NCBI GenBank assembly: GCA_973895155.1
Contig: OZ316893.1
Location: 186,001 to 250,000, forward strand
Origin: Marsupella aquatica
Taxonomy: Eukaryota > Plantae > Marchantiophyta
Direction: 5' to 3'
Length of the DNA: 64,000 bases
In this document: piece after piece, positions 36,201 through 47,715 of the stretch
How positions within the stretch are numbered: the first letter of the stretch is position 1
How the letters are laid out: each line of letters opens with the position of its first letter
Notes under the pieces: generated by a model
Databases searched by the model: none
What the model was told of the DNA's origin: nothing
Seen by the model: only the letters and a program-made list of their open reading frames with translations
Translations under genes and position numbers: made by a program

Positions 36201-39200
36201 GGTCCAGGCTCGCGTCAAGCTCAGCTAACCGAACCCCTCCGTACATGGGTGGGACCGGGATCGGTCTCGGGATGGGGTTTACTTCCTCCAATTGCGGAAT
36301 GGACGGATCCCATGAGACTCGCTTTTTATGTCTCGGTCTCGAGTTTTCGGCCTCAGGCGGTTGTTGGGCTGGTTCATGGTTACAAGGCTCTGAAATGGAA
36401 GGAGTAGCCACGGCTCCCTGCTTGGCTGGAGCCGTGTCCTCCGTCTCGACGAGTTGTTCGTGCGTTTCCTCATCCCCGACAGTAGATGTACTTGGGGTGG
36501 ACTCAATGGCAGCCCTTGGGTAATTTAGGAGATGTGTTTCTCGGGTTGCTTCAACTCCGAAGACATCTTCCTCGGATAGGGACGAGATGAGTTCGATCAT
36601 ATTGAGTTCCTCTTCCTCCGAGGTCTCCGAATCATATTCCTCGGGTCCTTGTGGGGTTTCTCCCTGATAATCGTCCATTGCCCAGGATACCCGTACGGTG
36701 GGTTCCCCGAACCGTAGCTCCTTCTTTCCCCAATCCGTGACTACACGGCCACCGTACAGCCACGGCCTGCCCAGAAGAACCGGATAAGAGGAGGGACGAA
36801 CCGGCCTCATGACTAAGAAGTTGAGATAGAACTCTACCCCTCCCACCAGAGTGAGCACTCGTGTGAGCGTGCCTAATGGGAGGACCCTTGCCCCGTTTGC
36901 TAATCTGATAGCTCGGGCCGTGGGTTGATACGTGAGGTATCCTAACTTGACTGACGTTTCTTCAGTCATGATGTTGACTCCCGCTCCTCCGTCTACAAGG
37001 ACCGTCTTGATGGTACAGTTATTAATTTCGATCGAGATGTCCGGCGCTCCAAGGTCCTCGCATATCATGTTGCAGTCCGCACTCCCAACTCGGGGTAGTC
37101 TTCTCCTTCGGCGACCCATGAGCAACTCCCTCAGTTGTCGTCTGTACTGTGGGTTGTTCTGCAGCAGTTGCCCCACCGTCGTTGTAACCGGGCAACTCTT
37201 CACGTCCTCCTTAATATCATAGTCCTCCTTTGTTTCTTTCGTTGGCTGCTGCTTGGCTTCCTCTTGTTTATCTTGCTTTTCTTGCTCCTGACGCCGGGCT
37301 GTCTCGGCTGCTGCTTGGCTTCCTCTTGTTTATCTTGCTTTTCTTGCTCCTGACGCCGGGCTGTCTCGGCTGCTTTGATGTCCTTATCGATTGCCTTCTG
37401 GTATTCCCGAGCTTCGTAAGCCTCCAGCTGTTTCTTTACCAATTCTTCGATGCGGGGGAAAAATAGCTTCGGGTCGTCCCGTCGGTAGTCATCGTCCTTT
37501 TCTGGGGGTATATTTATCGCTGGCTGCACTGGAGTAGTATCTTGCTTTTTCCTCCATTTCTCCTCCGTCTTTTCTTCCTTCCGTTCGGCCCTTGTCGACA
37601 CTCGGTAGCACTCGGCCTCATCCAATGGATTAGGGTGTTCCGCCACGTCCACCAGATTCACCCACTCGGTGTTGTCATCTTGCCATTCTACAGCAATCAT
37701 TTGGACGACTGCATCGCTCGTGACTGGTCCAGCCTGGGCCGGTCTAGCCACACTCGTTCGAGCAGCGATTACCAACGGACAGTTGGCCGTGGAATGAGCC
37801 TCCGTTTTGCAAACTTGACATAGTGGGGTGCCTCGACCATCTCCCTGACGTCTTGGTTCGGTGCATTCCCTCGCAAAGTGTCCTGGCTTTTCACAGTTGT
37901 AACAAACCGGGGACCGCCAAATCCCTGGCTTAGGAGGGATGCTCGGGTTACTGATAACCTGGAAACTCCGGCCATTACTTGGGTAGGGGTACGCAATTCT
38001 ACCCGCTAAATTACGCGGACCAACCATTGAAATCTGGTACACGGAATCAGGAGGGTCCTCAAAGAAATACTCCGTGGACTCCGATTCGGGGCCCGGGTTG
38101 TCAACATCATCCAGCTCTACTTGGTGAACTCGGTTCTTCCACCTTGGGCATTCCTGCACCACATGGCCGGATTGGAAGCACTTTGAACACCACGCATGGG
38201 CTCGAATCTCAGATGGCTTCTTCTTCTCCACCGGCTTCTCCGCAAGATGTACTGACAGTGCTTTGAGTCGATCCGTGATTTCGTTCAGCTTGTCTGCTTC
38301 GGCAGCCTTTGGATCTGGTATCATTCTTCGCGCCCGGGGTTTAATCTTCCCCTCCTTCTTCACTCGTCTCTTCTTCTTTTTGCTCCGGCTTTCGCTCTCC
38401 AAGTCACTTCCTGATGAACTGGAGGTAGAGGATCCGATGCTTGAAGCTGAATCCGAACTGGATTCCGTCTCGGAGCTGGACGAGGTCGAACGATGTTTCT
38501 TCTTCTTCTTCCGTTTCTTCTTCCTCTCGTCGTCCGATTCGGAGTCACTGTCACTGAAGGTTTCGTACTTACCCTTCCTGCGGCGTGCTCGCTGGCTCCG
38601 CCGGGAGTTATAGGTGGACTCCCGGTAAGTTTCGGCGCACGCTATGGCCGCCTGCATTGAAATTGGATTATTCTGGCGTACCCAGAATTGCATATTCGTG
38701 GGCAAACCATGAAGGAACCATGTAAGCTGGAGCGCGTCTCCTGGCCTGGGCCGGATCTTGGCCGCAAGTTTCTGAAACTTCTGAATGAACTTCCGCAGGG
38801 ACTCTTTTTTTCCCATGCGAAGCTGGCCAATCTTTAATAGAGAACGTTGTTCTGATCCAATGGCACGAAACTCCTGCAGCAATGCAGCTTGGAATTGTGC
38901 CCAGGTAGTCCCGGGTGGTAACGAGTTGTACCATGGACGAGCTTCTCCCCGCATTACTCCCGGGAGGACGGTTAGCTTAATGGCGTCTTCCCCATTAGCT
39001 TTAGCAGTGGCTTCAAACTCATCCAACCATTCATCCGGATCATCCCCATGACGCCCTTTGAAAGGTCGATAATGAAATCGCGATCGTTGCGATATTTGTG
39101 GAGGCGCCTGAGCAGCGCGGGCCACCGGTGGAGCGGCTGCCATAGGTGGTGGTGGTGGTGGTGGTGGAACCGCAGCAGGGCCGGTCGAACCGGACCCCGA

Positions 39201-39338
39201 AGATCCCGGGGGTATGTTCATACGTCGGGATGATTGCGAGTCCTCCGAGCCCGACGAGTCGGAGCTTGTTGTGGTTGCACTTTCTCGTTCGCTGGTCAAT
39301 CTCCTCAAGTAAGCTGCTTGAGAACCAGTGACGGGCAT
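33283..39338 (-). pseudogene. gag-pol polyprotein (Gag with three Zn knuckles, protease, RT, RNase H, integrase), inactivated
   Basis: Knuckles CSKCFQSGHVVQEC, CYNCEKPGHFAREC and CQVCKTEAHSTANC; protease VLVDGG; RT 'QDYRKLN', 'MPFGLCNAP', 'FIDDF'; RH 'YVDVS', 'NYSPTDRE'; INT HHCC, 'WGIDYIGP', 'SDRG', 'WLGPF'. Broken by a 62-bp duplication (~37244..37367) and stops at 35758 and 35317, with pol segments all in one frame. Integrase reads into the 3' LTR. Confidence 0.95.
33316..33330 (-). other. Candidate polypurine tract (AAGCAGGGAG)
   Basis: Short purine-rich run on the minus strand immediately before the 3' LTR; imperfect. Confidence 0.45.
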
Positions 39339-39430
39339 TTACTCATATAAATGCAATGGTTAGTACTACGTCCTGATGTATCCTGCCTAGGTGAATACGC
39401 ACATGTCTCCCCTCTACGATATGTAGAGTG

Positions 39431-39449
39431 CCCCCTCCATCTAGCGCCA
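39431..39449 (-). other. Primer-binding site TGGCGCTAGATGGAGGGGG
   Basis: Begins with TGG about 12 nt inside from the 5' LTR; resembles the TGGCGCTAGA-type PBS of plant Tat/Athila-group elements. Primer tRNA not determined. Confidence 0.75.
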
Positions 39450-39461
39450 AAACAAAGGCTA

Positions 39462-42400
39462 TGTCACGTCGTAGGCTTCGGTTTTAACTCAGACTTCAGC
39501 TTAGACGGGCACATCCCTCGTAAATCTGAGGGTTCGGGCAGGAAGGGAAGCACGTAATGCACCTTATTCTCGTAAACTAGCGCTAAGTGCGCATACTGCT
39601 AAATACGGACACCTCCTAGGTATGGTTTGTGTTCCGCCGCCGGAACGTACCTTAGTCGATAGCAGGATCGACCCCGGCTTAAGGGCTTCTAAGCCTTCGT
39701 GCTGTCTGCCTTCGATCCGGATTCGATGATACAGGTCCTCAACCCGTGCTCGCAACCACTTACCCGCAGGCTGCACCCTGTGCACGTCTCGGGTAGTGCG
39801 TTCGGCCCGACGCTGCCACCCATATACGAGAAACCCACACACATATGCGCACACATGCATAAAATCTCGATTTACACGAAGGAAAAATGATGGGAAAGGA
39901 TTTTTACTACAAAGGGAACATATGCGTACACTTAGTTGACACGACAGCCCTGGAATGCACAGGTTCAAGGCCAAGGGTGCACACTACAACGGAGCCCGGC
40001 TCCGCACTCGCCCGACAAGCTTAGTCCTACCCCCTCCCCTTGGTACTCTGTCATTCCCAGAGGTCGGGACTCCTCGCATGTCCCGCGGATGTCCGACTCT
40101 GAAACTAAAACCCCCCCCCCCGCCTCTACCGAGGGGTGCACTAAATACTAAGAGCCGAGGAACGGGGTGTCCTCCCGCCGAAGATTCGCTGACCAAGGTC
40201 CTAACTAAGCTGACAGTCAGGCCGGAAAACGGCTGTGTCTTATTAGAAGATCCTAATCTACGCAGGCTGGACAGCAGGGCAGCGCTGCCGTACCTAAGGC
40301 AGGTGCCTGTCCCAAGAGCCTGACCAAGCCAATCCTAATCCTAATCTATTCCTACTCCGCCGCTAATGCCTGGCACGCTTGCCAGAGCCGCCCGAATGGG
40401 AACGGCCATCCCGCTGTCTTCGAAGCCTGTCATTGTCCGCTTTGAGGAGCTGGACCTGGTCCAGCAGAGATTCGTTCTCTCGCCTCGCCGCGTCCGTCTC
40501 CTCTGCTGCCTCCTGACATGCCTCCTCTAGCTGCTGGGCGTCGCTCGCCAGTTTACTCGCCAGCTGGTCCTGCTTCTCGGCCTCGGTTTGGAGCCGCGCC
40601 ATCTCGGCCTGCAGTGTGGCTATCTCCGTCGCGTCCCGCTGGGCTCGCTCCTCGGCCTCCTCCAGGTCTTTCTGCCAGGTGACAGCTTGTTTCTTCAAAC
40701 TGTCAATCTGGTTCCGGAGTCGTGTAATCTCGGCCTCGTTCCCAGCTTTGGCCTGTTCGGCTAGGGCGGTAAGAGCGTACGCCTTTGCTAACAACTCATC
40801 GGCGGCTGCAACCTTGGGTCGTAGTTGCAGAAGCTCAGCCTCTTGAGCCGCCACTTCGTTCTTTAGGTACACGGACTCCACCCGGTACCGCTCTATCCTC
40901 TGAAGGGCCTCCGACTGGGCCCGCCCTGCCTTTACGGCGGCAACCAACTCCTGATTGAAGAAACAGGCTACCTTCCGAGCCATGAACTCCCCGGTATCCC
41001 GGGCAATTTGATGAGAGAAATCTCCCAGAAGCCCGTTCAGAAACGTACCCTGTACGAAGAGTTCCGGGTGGTCCAAGTTGTGCCTGTCCGGATTTGGGCA
41101 CGGGCAGACATCAACACGCGCAGGGGCCGGGGCAGTGACGTCCAGCCCTGGGGACATAACGTTGGAAGGGGCCGGAGTATCCTCCTGCAGTGATGTCCGG
41201 TTCTCCGGAATTGCCACCGGCGGGTCCTTGGGAGACCCGGGTTCGGGTAAGACCTCTGCCGTACCAACTTCTGTACTTAGCCCGGCTAGTTGGGTCGCAT
41301 CAACGGTTGCGACGACCGACCCCTCCGGCGCCTCCTCGGTTACGATTACAGCTATTTGTGGAGGTGGGGTGGGTGAAGCTGGCGTGTCCACTGGACTTCG
41401 GGCCTCGGGTTGGGGTCGTCTCTCCAATGCCGGAAAAACCCACCTAGCTGGGACCAGCTTTGTAACGTTGATGCGGGGAAGGGTTTGTCGATCAAACCGG
41501 GCATACCACTCAAGAATGATTTCGATGTGGCTAGCGAAATACGCCTTCCCGCCAATGTACAGCGTCTTCCTTCGCCGCTCCATCTCTTCATGGAATTTCT
41601 TAGCGAAGTACGACGCCCACTTCCTAGGTTGATAGTTCTCGACCTGGATGACCTGGGCGGCGGAGATCTCCCCCCGGGGTTCCATCAAGTGGAGAGCGTA
41701 CCTCTGGAACTCCAGCCGCTCAGCTATCTCGGGCATGAGGCAGGTCCTCATCACGAACCCGTTGTCTACTGATCCCTCTGAGGGAAAACTTGAAGATTGG
41801 TACTTGGCCCCCTTGCCCCCGGGAGCCCGTGATTCGACTCGATGGTCACCTTCGGATAACCCAAAGATCATCTTGAGCCGTTCTTCTGTGAGGGACATAT
41901 TCCTTCCCCGCAGCCGAGTCTGTTGACGTACGTCGTCATAATTCTTGACGAATTCTGTCATGTCCTCCCCGTAGTACCTGCAATTATTCCAGGGGAGAGA
42001 GGCGAGGTGCTCAAATCCCTGAGTCTTCAGGTACACCGCATGCTTGGGATGGAGGATGTTGCTGTGAACATTTTCCCCCATGCGATGCATCGTTACCTTG
42101 GCTACGGCTACCGTGGCCAACGGTAACCCGGATGCACTGGCGGATTCCTTTCTCTTCTTTCCCCGTGACTGACTCGGGGAAGGTGATACTTCCCCATCCT
42201 CCCGATCGGGCCTGGGGAGTGCCACTGCGGTTGGTAACGGGCCCGGGGCGGCCACGGTCACCATGTTGTCTGCTGGGGCCGCTCCTGGGGTCAGAGCAGG
42301 GGTTGGGGACGGTATAGTATCGGCCCCCCGAGCGCTTGTGCCTCTGGGCCGCCTGGTCAAGGGTGGGGTAGCCTCGTCGTCATCGCTAAGATCTACAGCG

Positions 42401-43471
42401 TTGATGACGGAGCGTACCTGTGCTGGCTGGGTGATAGGTGGTGGGGTTTGGCTAGGCTGCGGCTGAGGCTGAAGCTGAAGCTGAGGTTGCATGGGCACGG
42501 GTACGGGTACGGGTACGGGTCCGGCTGAGTTGGTCATGTTGGTTGATGGCCGAGTTCCCATGAAGCTCCGTAGGTGCTGGTAGAAGTTCTCCGAAGCGAG
42601 TGCGGACGCCCTTGTCGAACGGTTGGTACTGGACTCGCCGTTAATGACTGCCCGAACCTGGGCAGGGATGTGGTCGAAGTGATGTCGCTGCAGGTCGATT
42701 GTACCCGGGATATTGAAGACCTCGTCCGGAAGCCGAAGCAATGCTTCCCAGAACCCGATATATTTGTCTCCGTCAAAGAAGTACCCAGATACCTCAGCTG
42801 GTCGGTAAAGCTCGCTCTAAGACGGGTAGTCAAAGTTAAGGACGTAGTGGTGTCGTCCTGCTAGGCAGATGGCTCTCTCGTATTCGCGTTCGATCTCGTA
42901 TCGGCGCGGGTTGGCGTGTTTCAATGAATCGGCCAAGTGCCTTCCGGTAGATAGGAACTGCGTCCAGAATCGAATGGCCGAGCTGGAGAGGATCGTGTGC
43001 GACATTCAGAGGAGATAGTAGTGGCGACCTAAAGAGAACGAGAGAGCTGGGGTCGAAGCTGGCGCGCGGACTGATGGACTGGTGCACTACAAAGGGTTGG
43101 CTCCCCTTTTATACTTTGAGGGCTTGTCGATCCCCGACGTCTCCTCGACGCCCATAGGTTGAACCGCTCACGCTTGTGGTGTACCGGCCACTCCGCCGGT
43201 CTGAGTCAGCGTGCGTCAGTGGCCGCTTCCTTAAGTTCGTTATACGGACCCGAGGGAGGGGCCCCTCCATGCTCATAACCCGGGTGTGCGAATAGCGACC
43301 CGCCGCCAGCCCGAACCTGAAGTCCCCCTTATTGCCTAATGATGTCCTACCCCTAATGATTACCTAAATACTGTCATTATGCTAATAATAGCGGCCTAAG
43401 ACCCACCTAACGCGCGTGCCGAGCGCAGTTAGACTGAATCACTCATTAACCGCCGTACCGGGGGCGTCACA
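39462..43471 (-). repeat. 5' LTR (4010 bp)
   Basis: TGTCACGTCG at 39462 ... GGCGTCACA at 43471, followed by TSD GAGTT. Confidence 0.97.
40363..43005 (-). pseudogene. 5'-LTR copy of the LTR ORF with a premature stop
   Basis: Same protein as 30201..32849 but codon 63 CAG is TAG (42817..42819); ORFs 42817..43005 and 40363..42741 are in frame. Confidence 0.9.
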
Positions 43472-44104
43472 GAGTTGGATCACCTCCCACCAAACTGCGG
43501 ATTCGTTCCGGTGTGCAAGAATGCCACAACGTTCCAGTGCCGCCTGTTTCAATTCCAACCCACAGATTATCAAAATATTCCACATATCATCACTAAACCG
43601 CAATGCAAAATTCAACTATATGCAATGATGACCAACTATTAAGTATTGTAATCCAAACCTTCCTTTTCCACCTCCTTGTAGGGCTGGACCTCGTCGTAAG
43701 GTGACTCTGCCTTGTCCTCCATGTTTTGGATCTGCTGTGCTTGAAATTCGCTTCTGTTGTATGAAAGGTAGTCCACTTAAGTAAACCCTAATCCTATCAC
43801 CAACACATTGCCGTGAGCAACTCATGAGGCTTACTCGACGGAAGGAGGGTATTGACACGCAAGGAGCCTCTCAAAACATGACAGATTCCATTTCGGCAAA
43901 GCTGCTTGTTTAGGGTATTGGATGCTGTCAATCCATGTACTTAAACTTAAACTCCTTGTTGTGAAGAAACGTTCCCTTTGTTATGAGGCGTCTTGTCCAA
44001 GTCACTGCCAACCTTTCTGGAATCCGGAGATGCGAACTGAAATGCTCCTATATTGCCAGCACCCCATAAGCACCAAAGTTGTGCACAGTTGGTGCTCGGG
44101 TAAA

Positions 44105-45880
44105 GGGCATTGTACAGTCCTTCTGCATTACCCGAGCACACTGTGGCTATGCGCTATAGAATACCCCATCCCTCGGGTCCCAACCTTCAAAATACTGTAA
44201 TTTGATACATACATACCCTTCGGTGCACATTGACATTATTTTGCATTACCCCAGCACATGTTGGCTGTGCATTTTGGAATACCCCATCCCTCGTACCACC
44301 CAACTTTCAAAATACTGTAATTTGAAACATACATGCCCATCCGAGCACATGGGCATTTGCATTACCCTAGCACATGGTGGTTGTGCGTTTTGGAATACCC
44401 CATCCCTCGTACCCCCCAACCTTCAAAATATTGTAATTTGATAATACATACCCTTCGGAGCACATTGGCACTTGCATTACCCCAGCAAATGGTGGCTGTG
44501 CATTTTGGAATACCCCATCCCTGGTATCCCCAACCTTCAATACTGTAATTAGATACATACATACCCTTTGGTGCACATTGACATTTGCATTACCCCAACA
44601 CATGGTGGCTGTGCATTTTGGAATACCCCATCCCTCGTACCTCAACCTTCAAAATACTGTAATTTGATACATACATACCCTTCAGAGCACATTGGCACTT
44701 GCATTACCCCATCACATGGTGGCTGTGCATTTTGGAATACCCAATCCCTCGTACCCCCCAACCTTCAAAATATTGTAATTTGATACATACATACCCTTTG
44801 GAACACATTGGCACTTGCATTACCCTAGCACATGGTGGTTGAATGTGCGTTTTGGAATACCCCATCCCTCGTACCCCCCAACCTTCAATACTGTAATCTG
44901 ATACATATGTACCCTTCAGTGCACATTGACATTTGCATTACCCCAGCACATGGTGACTGTGCATTTTGGAATACCCCATCCGTCATACCCCCCAACCTTC
45001 AAAATACTGTAATTTGATACATACATACCCTTTGGAGCACATTGGCACTTGCATTACCCCAGCACATGGTGGTTGTGCGTTTTGGAATACCCCATCCCTC
45101 ATACCCCCCAACCTTCAAAATACTGTAATTTGATAATACATACCCTTTGGAACACATTTGCACTTGCATTACCCCAGCACATGGTGGTTGAATGTGCGTT
45201 TTGGAATACCCCATCCCTCATACGGGTATGGCACGCGTGACAGTAAATAGGAAACAGGTTTACTAGTACCAGCAAAAAGTTACTATTACCAGGAAAAACA
45301 ACCATGTTAAAATATTTTCTAAAAAGTCACATTTTCCAAAAAAAATTAAATTGCAACGTTCTTTGGCTAGCTTTGGGCGCTAGCATTACCAGCGCCGGGC
45401 GCTGGCAAAAAAAATGAAAAATTTGAAGGGAAAAAAAAAATTTCAAAAAAAAATTTCAAAAAAATTTCAAAAAAAATTACCACTCGTTTTCCTGTTACCA
45501 GTTTCTGTTTCCTGTTACTGTTTGCTGTTTCCTGTCGTTTGTAAATACCCCCCTCATACCCCCCAACCTTCAAAATACTTTAATTTGATATATAGATACC
45601 CTTCGGAGCACATTGGCACTTGCATTACCCCAGCACATGGTGGCTGTGCGTTTTGGAATACCCCATCCATCGTACCCCCCAACCTTCAAAATACTGTAAT
45701 TTAAATATATACATACCTTTTGGAGCGCATTGGCACTTGCATTACCCCAGCACATAGTGGCTGTGCATTTTGGAATACCCCATCCGTCGTACCCCCCAAC
45801 CTTCAAAATATTGTAATTTTAAACATACATACCCATCCGAGCACATGGGCATTGGCATTACCCCAACACATGGTGGTAGT
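44105..45880. repeat. Satellite A, ~115-118-bp units, about 10 + 3 copies around a ~320-bp spacer
   Basis: Unit GCATTACCCCAGCACATGGTGGCTGTGCATTTTGGAATACCCCATCCCTCGTACCCCCCAACCTTCAAAATACTGTAATTTGATACATAC...; spacer at 45223..45545. Confidence 0.95.
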
Positions 45881-47575
45881 GCACTTGTGATGCCCGTTGA
45901 ACTCAAATTGCCATCGGAAGCTATGGACAGAATGCTTGACAGAATTCCACGATCACTTGTTATACATAGTTGATATATTCTTGTGTTCATTTTTCTTGTC
46001 CATTTGGAAATTGCACAAATTAACAAAAGTATCCATAAAGGTCTGTCATCGTAGAAAGTGATGACATCAAGTCAATTTTAAGCACTCCCTCGGAGGTGTA
46101 ATTGTTTAGCATTTGTAAATACGAGCCTACGAGCGACGAGCACATTAAGGAACCAGATTGAAGACGGGCAATAGGAATTCTAGAAGCCCAATACTTCCCG
46201 ACCATAATACCATCCCAACCATGGCGCAGAAGGGAATTTGAAGGCGGCAAGCACATTAAGGAACCAAATTGAAGGCGGACAGGAATTCTAAAAGGCCAAT
46301 GCTTCCCAACTATAATACCAGCCCAACCATGGCGTTGAAGGGAATTTGAAGAAAGTGATGACGTCAAGTCAATTTTAAGCACTCCCTCGGAGGTGTAATT
46401 GTTCAGCATTTGTAAATACCTCGCACTATATATCACGACTGTACACATTGAATTAGTTCTACTCAACCATTTCCCACGTCCAAAATTGAATGGTGACACT
46501 TTTGATACTAACGGAGTTTAAAGGTTTCAACATGAATGCTATTGCTGCAAAAATGTTTAACCGGTTATGGGAGCCTACGAGCGACGAGCACATTAAGGAA
46601 CCAGATTGAAGACGGGCAATAGGAATTCTAGAAGCCCAATACTTCTCGACCATAATACCAGCCCAACCATGGCGTAGAAGGGAATTTGAAGGCGACAAGC
46701 ACATTAAGGAACCAAATTGAAGGCGGGCAGAAATTCTAGAAGGCCAATGCTTCCCAACTATAATACCAGCCCAACCATGGCGTTGAAGGGAATTTGAAGG
46801 CGTAGAAAGTGATGACGTCAAGTCAATTTTAAGCATTCCCTCGGAGGTGTAATTGTTCAGCATTTGTAAATACCTTGCACTATATATCACGACTGTACAC
46901 ATTGAATTAGTTATAATCAGCCATTTCCCACGTCCAAAATTGAATGGTGACACTTTTGATACTAACGTAGTTTAAAGCTTTCGACATGAATGCTATTGCT
47001 GCAAAAATGTTTAACCAAAAATGTTATGGGAGTCGACTACGGTTTAACCGGAAATGTTATGGGAGCTAATCAGCCATTTCCCACATCCAAAATTGAATGG
47101 TGACACTTTTGATACTAACGGAGTTTAAAGGTTTCAACATGAATGCTATTGCTACAAAAATGTTTAACCGGAAATGTTATGGGAGCCTACGAGCGACGAG
47201 CACATTAAAGAACCAGATTGAAGATGGGCAATAGGAATTCTAGAAGACTTCCCGACCATAATACCAGCCCAACCATGGCACAGAAGGGAATTTGAAGGTG
47301 AAGAGCACATTAAGGAACCAGATTTGTCTTTAATCAATGCAAATGATCAGAACAGCCACACATTCAAGCACATAATTATATACAAGCCATCCGGATAGTG
47401 CACTTGTGATGCTCGTTGAACTCAAACTGCCATCGGAAGCTATGGACAGAAGGCTTGACAGAATTACACAATCACTTGTTATACATAGTTGATATATTCC
47501 TGAATTCATTTTTCCTGTGCACTTGGCAATTGCACAAATTAACAGAAGTATCCATGAAGGTCTGTCTTCGTAGAA
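45878..47575. repeat. Satellite B (~113-bp units) with nested larger duplications
   Basis: Unit CACATTAAGGAACCAGATTGAAG...GAATTCTAGAAGGCCAATGCTTCCC...CCCAACCATGGCG...AAGGGAATTTGAAGG; blocks ~45878..46055 and ~47396..47575, and ~46350..46560 and ~46800..47015, are duplicated. Confidence 0.9.
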
Positions 47576-47715
47576 AGAGATTTCCAGCAAAAACTTGTAA
47601 GAAAATTGCAAGACGTGAGGTGCTCAACAGTTTTTTGTGTCTTGGCCAGTCTTGGGAGGCCATAGGCATTCGTCTATTTGCAGGACGTTTGTTAGCTTTT
47701 TTGGGTTTGCATAGA

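Larger units (their letters stand above)
29300..43471 (-). mobile_element. Full-length Ty3/gypsy LTR retrotransposon, non-chromovirus (Athila/Tat/Phygy-like), 14172 bp
   Basis: Two near-identical TG...CA LTRs, TSD GAGTT (29295..29299 and 43472..43476), PBS, gag-PR-RT-RH-INT order, no chromodomain and no additional RNase H seen. Confidence 0.97.
24669..43586 (-). pseudogene. Interrupted gene: PMD/Transposase_32-like domain, 63-aa coiled-coil repeats, then RAD5/RAD16-type SNF2 ATPase N-terminus; split by two LTR insertions
   Basis: Removing 29300..43476 joins '...LWHSCTPERIRSLVGGDP/TRSSMICNLGLQQTFGIDY..VKEFVLGFDYASKSSEF*GRSLKITQNVLRAAFKLPYG' in frame. Removing 25658..27049 restores 'SKL-EDLQR'. 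The distal frame 24842..24669 reads 'EASPPDGLMQNVTVYQHQRKGLFWMLSRESGDSECFGGILADDQ' then a GT donor, the CHR27/28-like lead-in to Walker A. Several TAG/TGA stops and frameshifts. Confidence 0.8.

Noticed and set aside
29300-43471. 4-kb direct repeat as a segmental duplication or assembly error
   Set aside because: TG..CA ends, 5-bp TSD, adjacent PBS and scattered substitutions show these are true LTRs.
44105-47330. Many short ORFs in the satellites; CRISPR possibility
   Set aside because: Whole units repeat with no unique spacers; the ORFs are by-products of the repeats.
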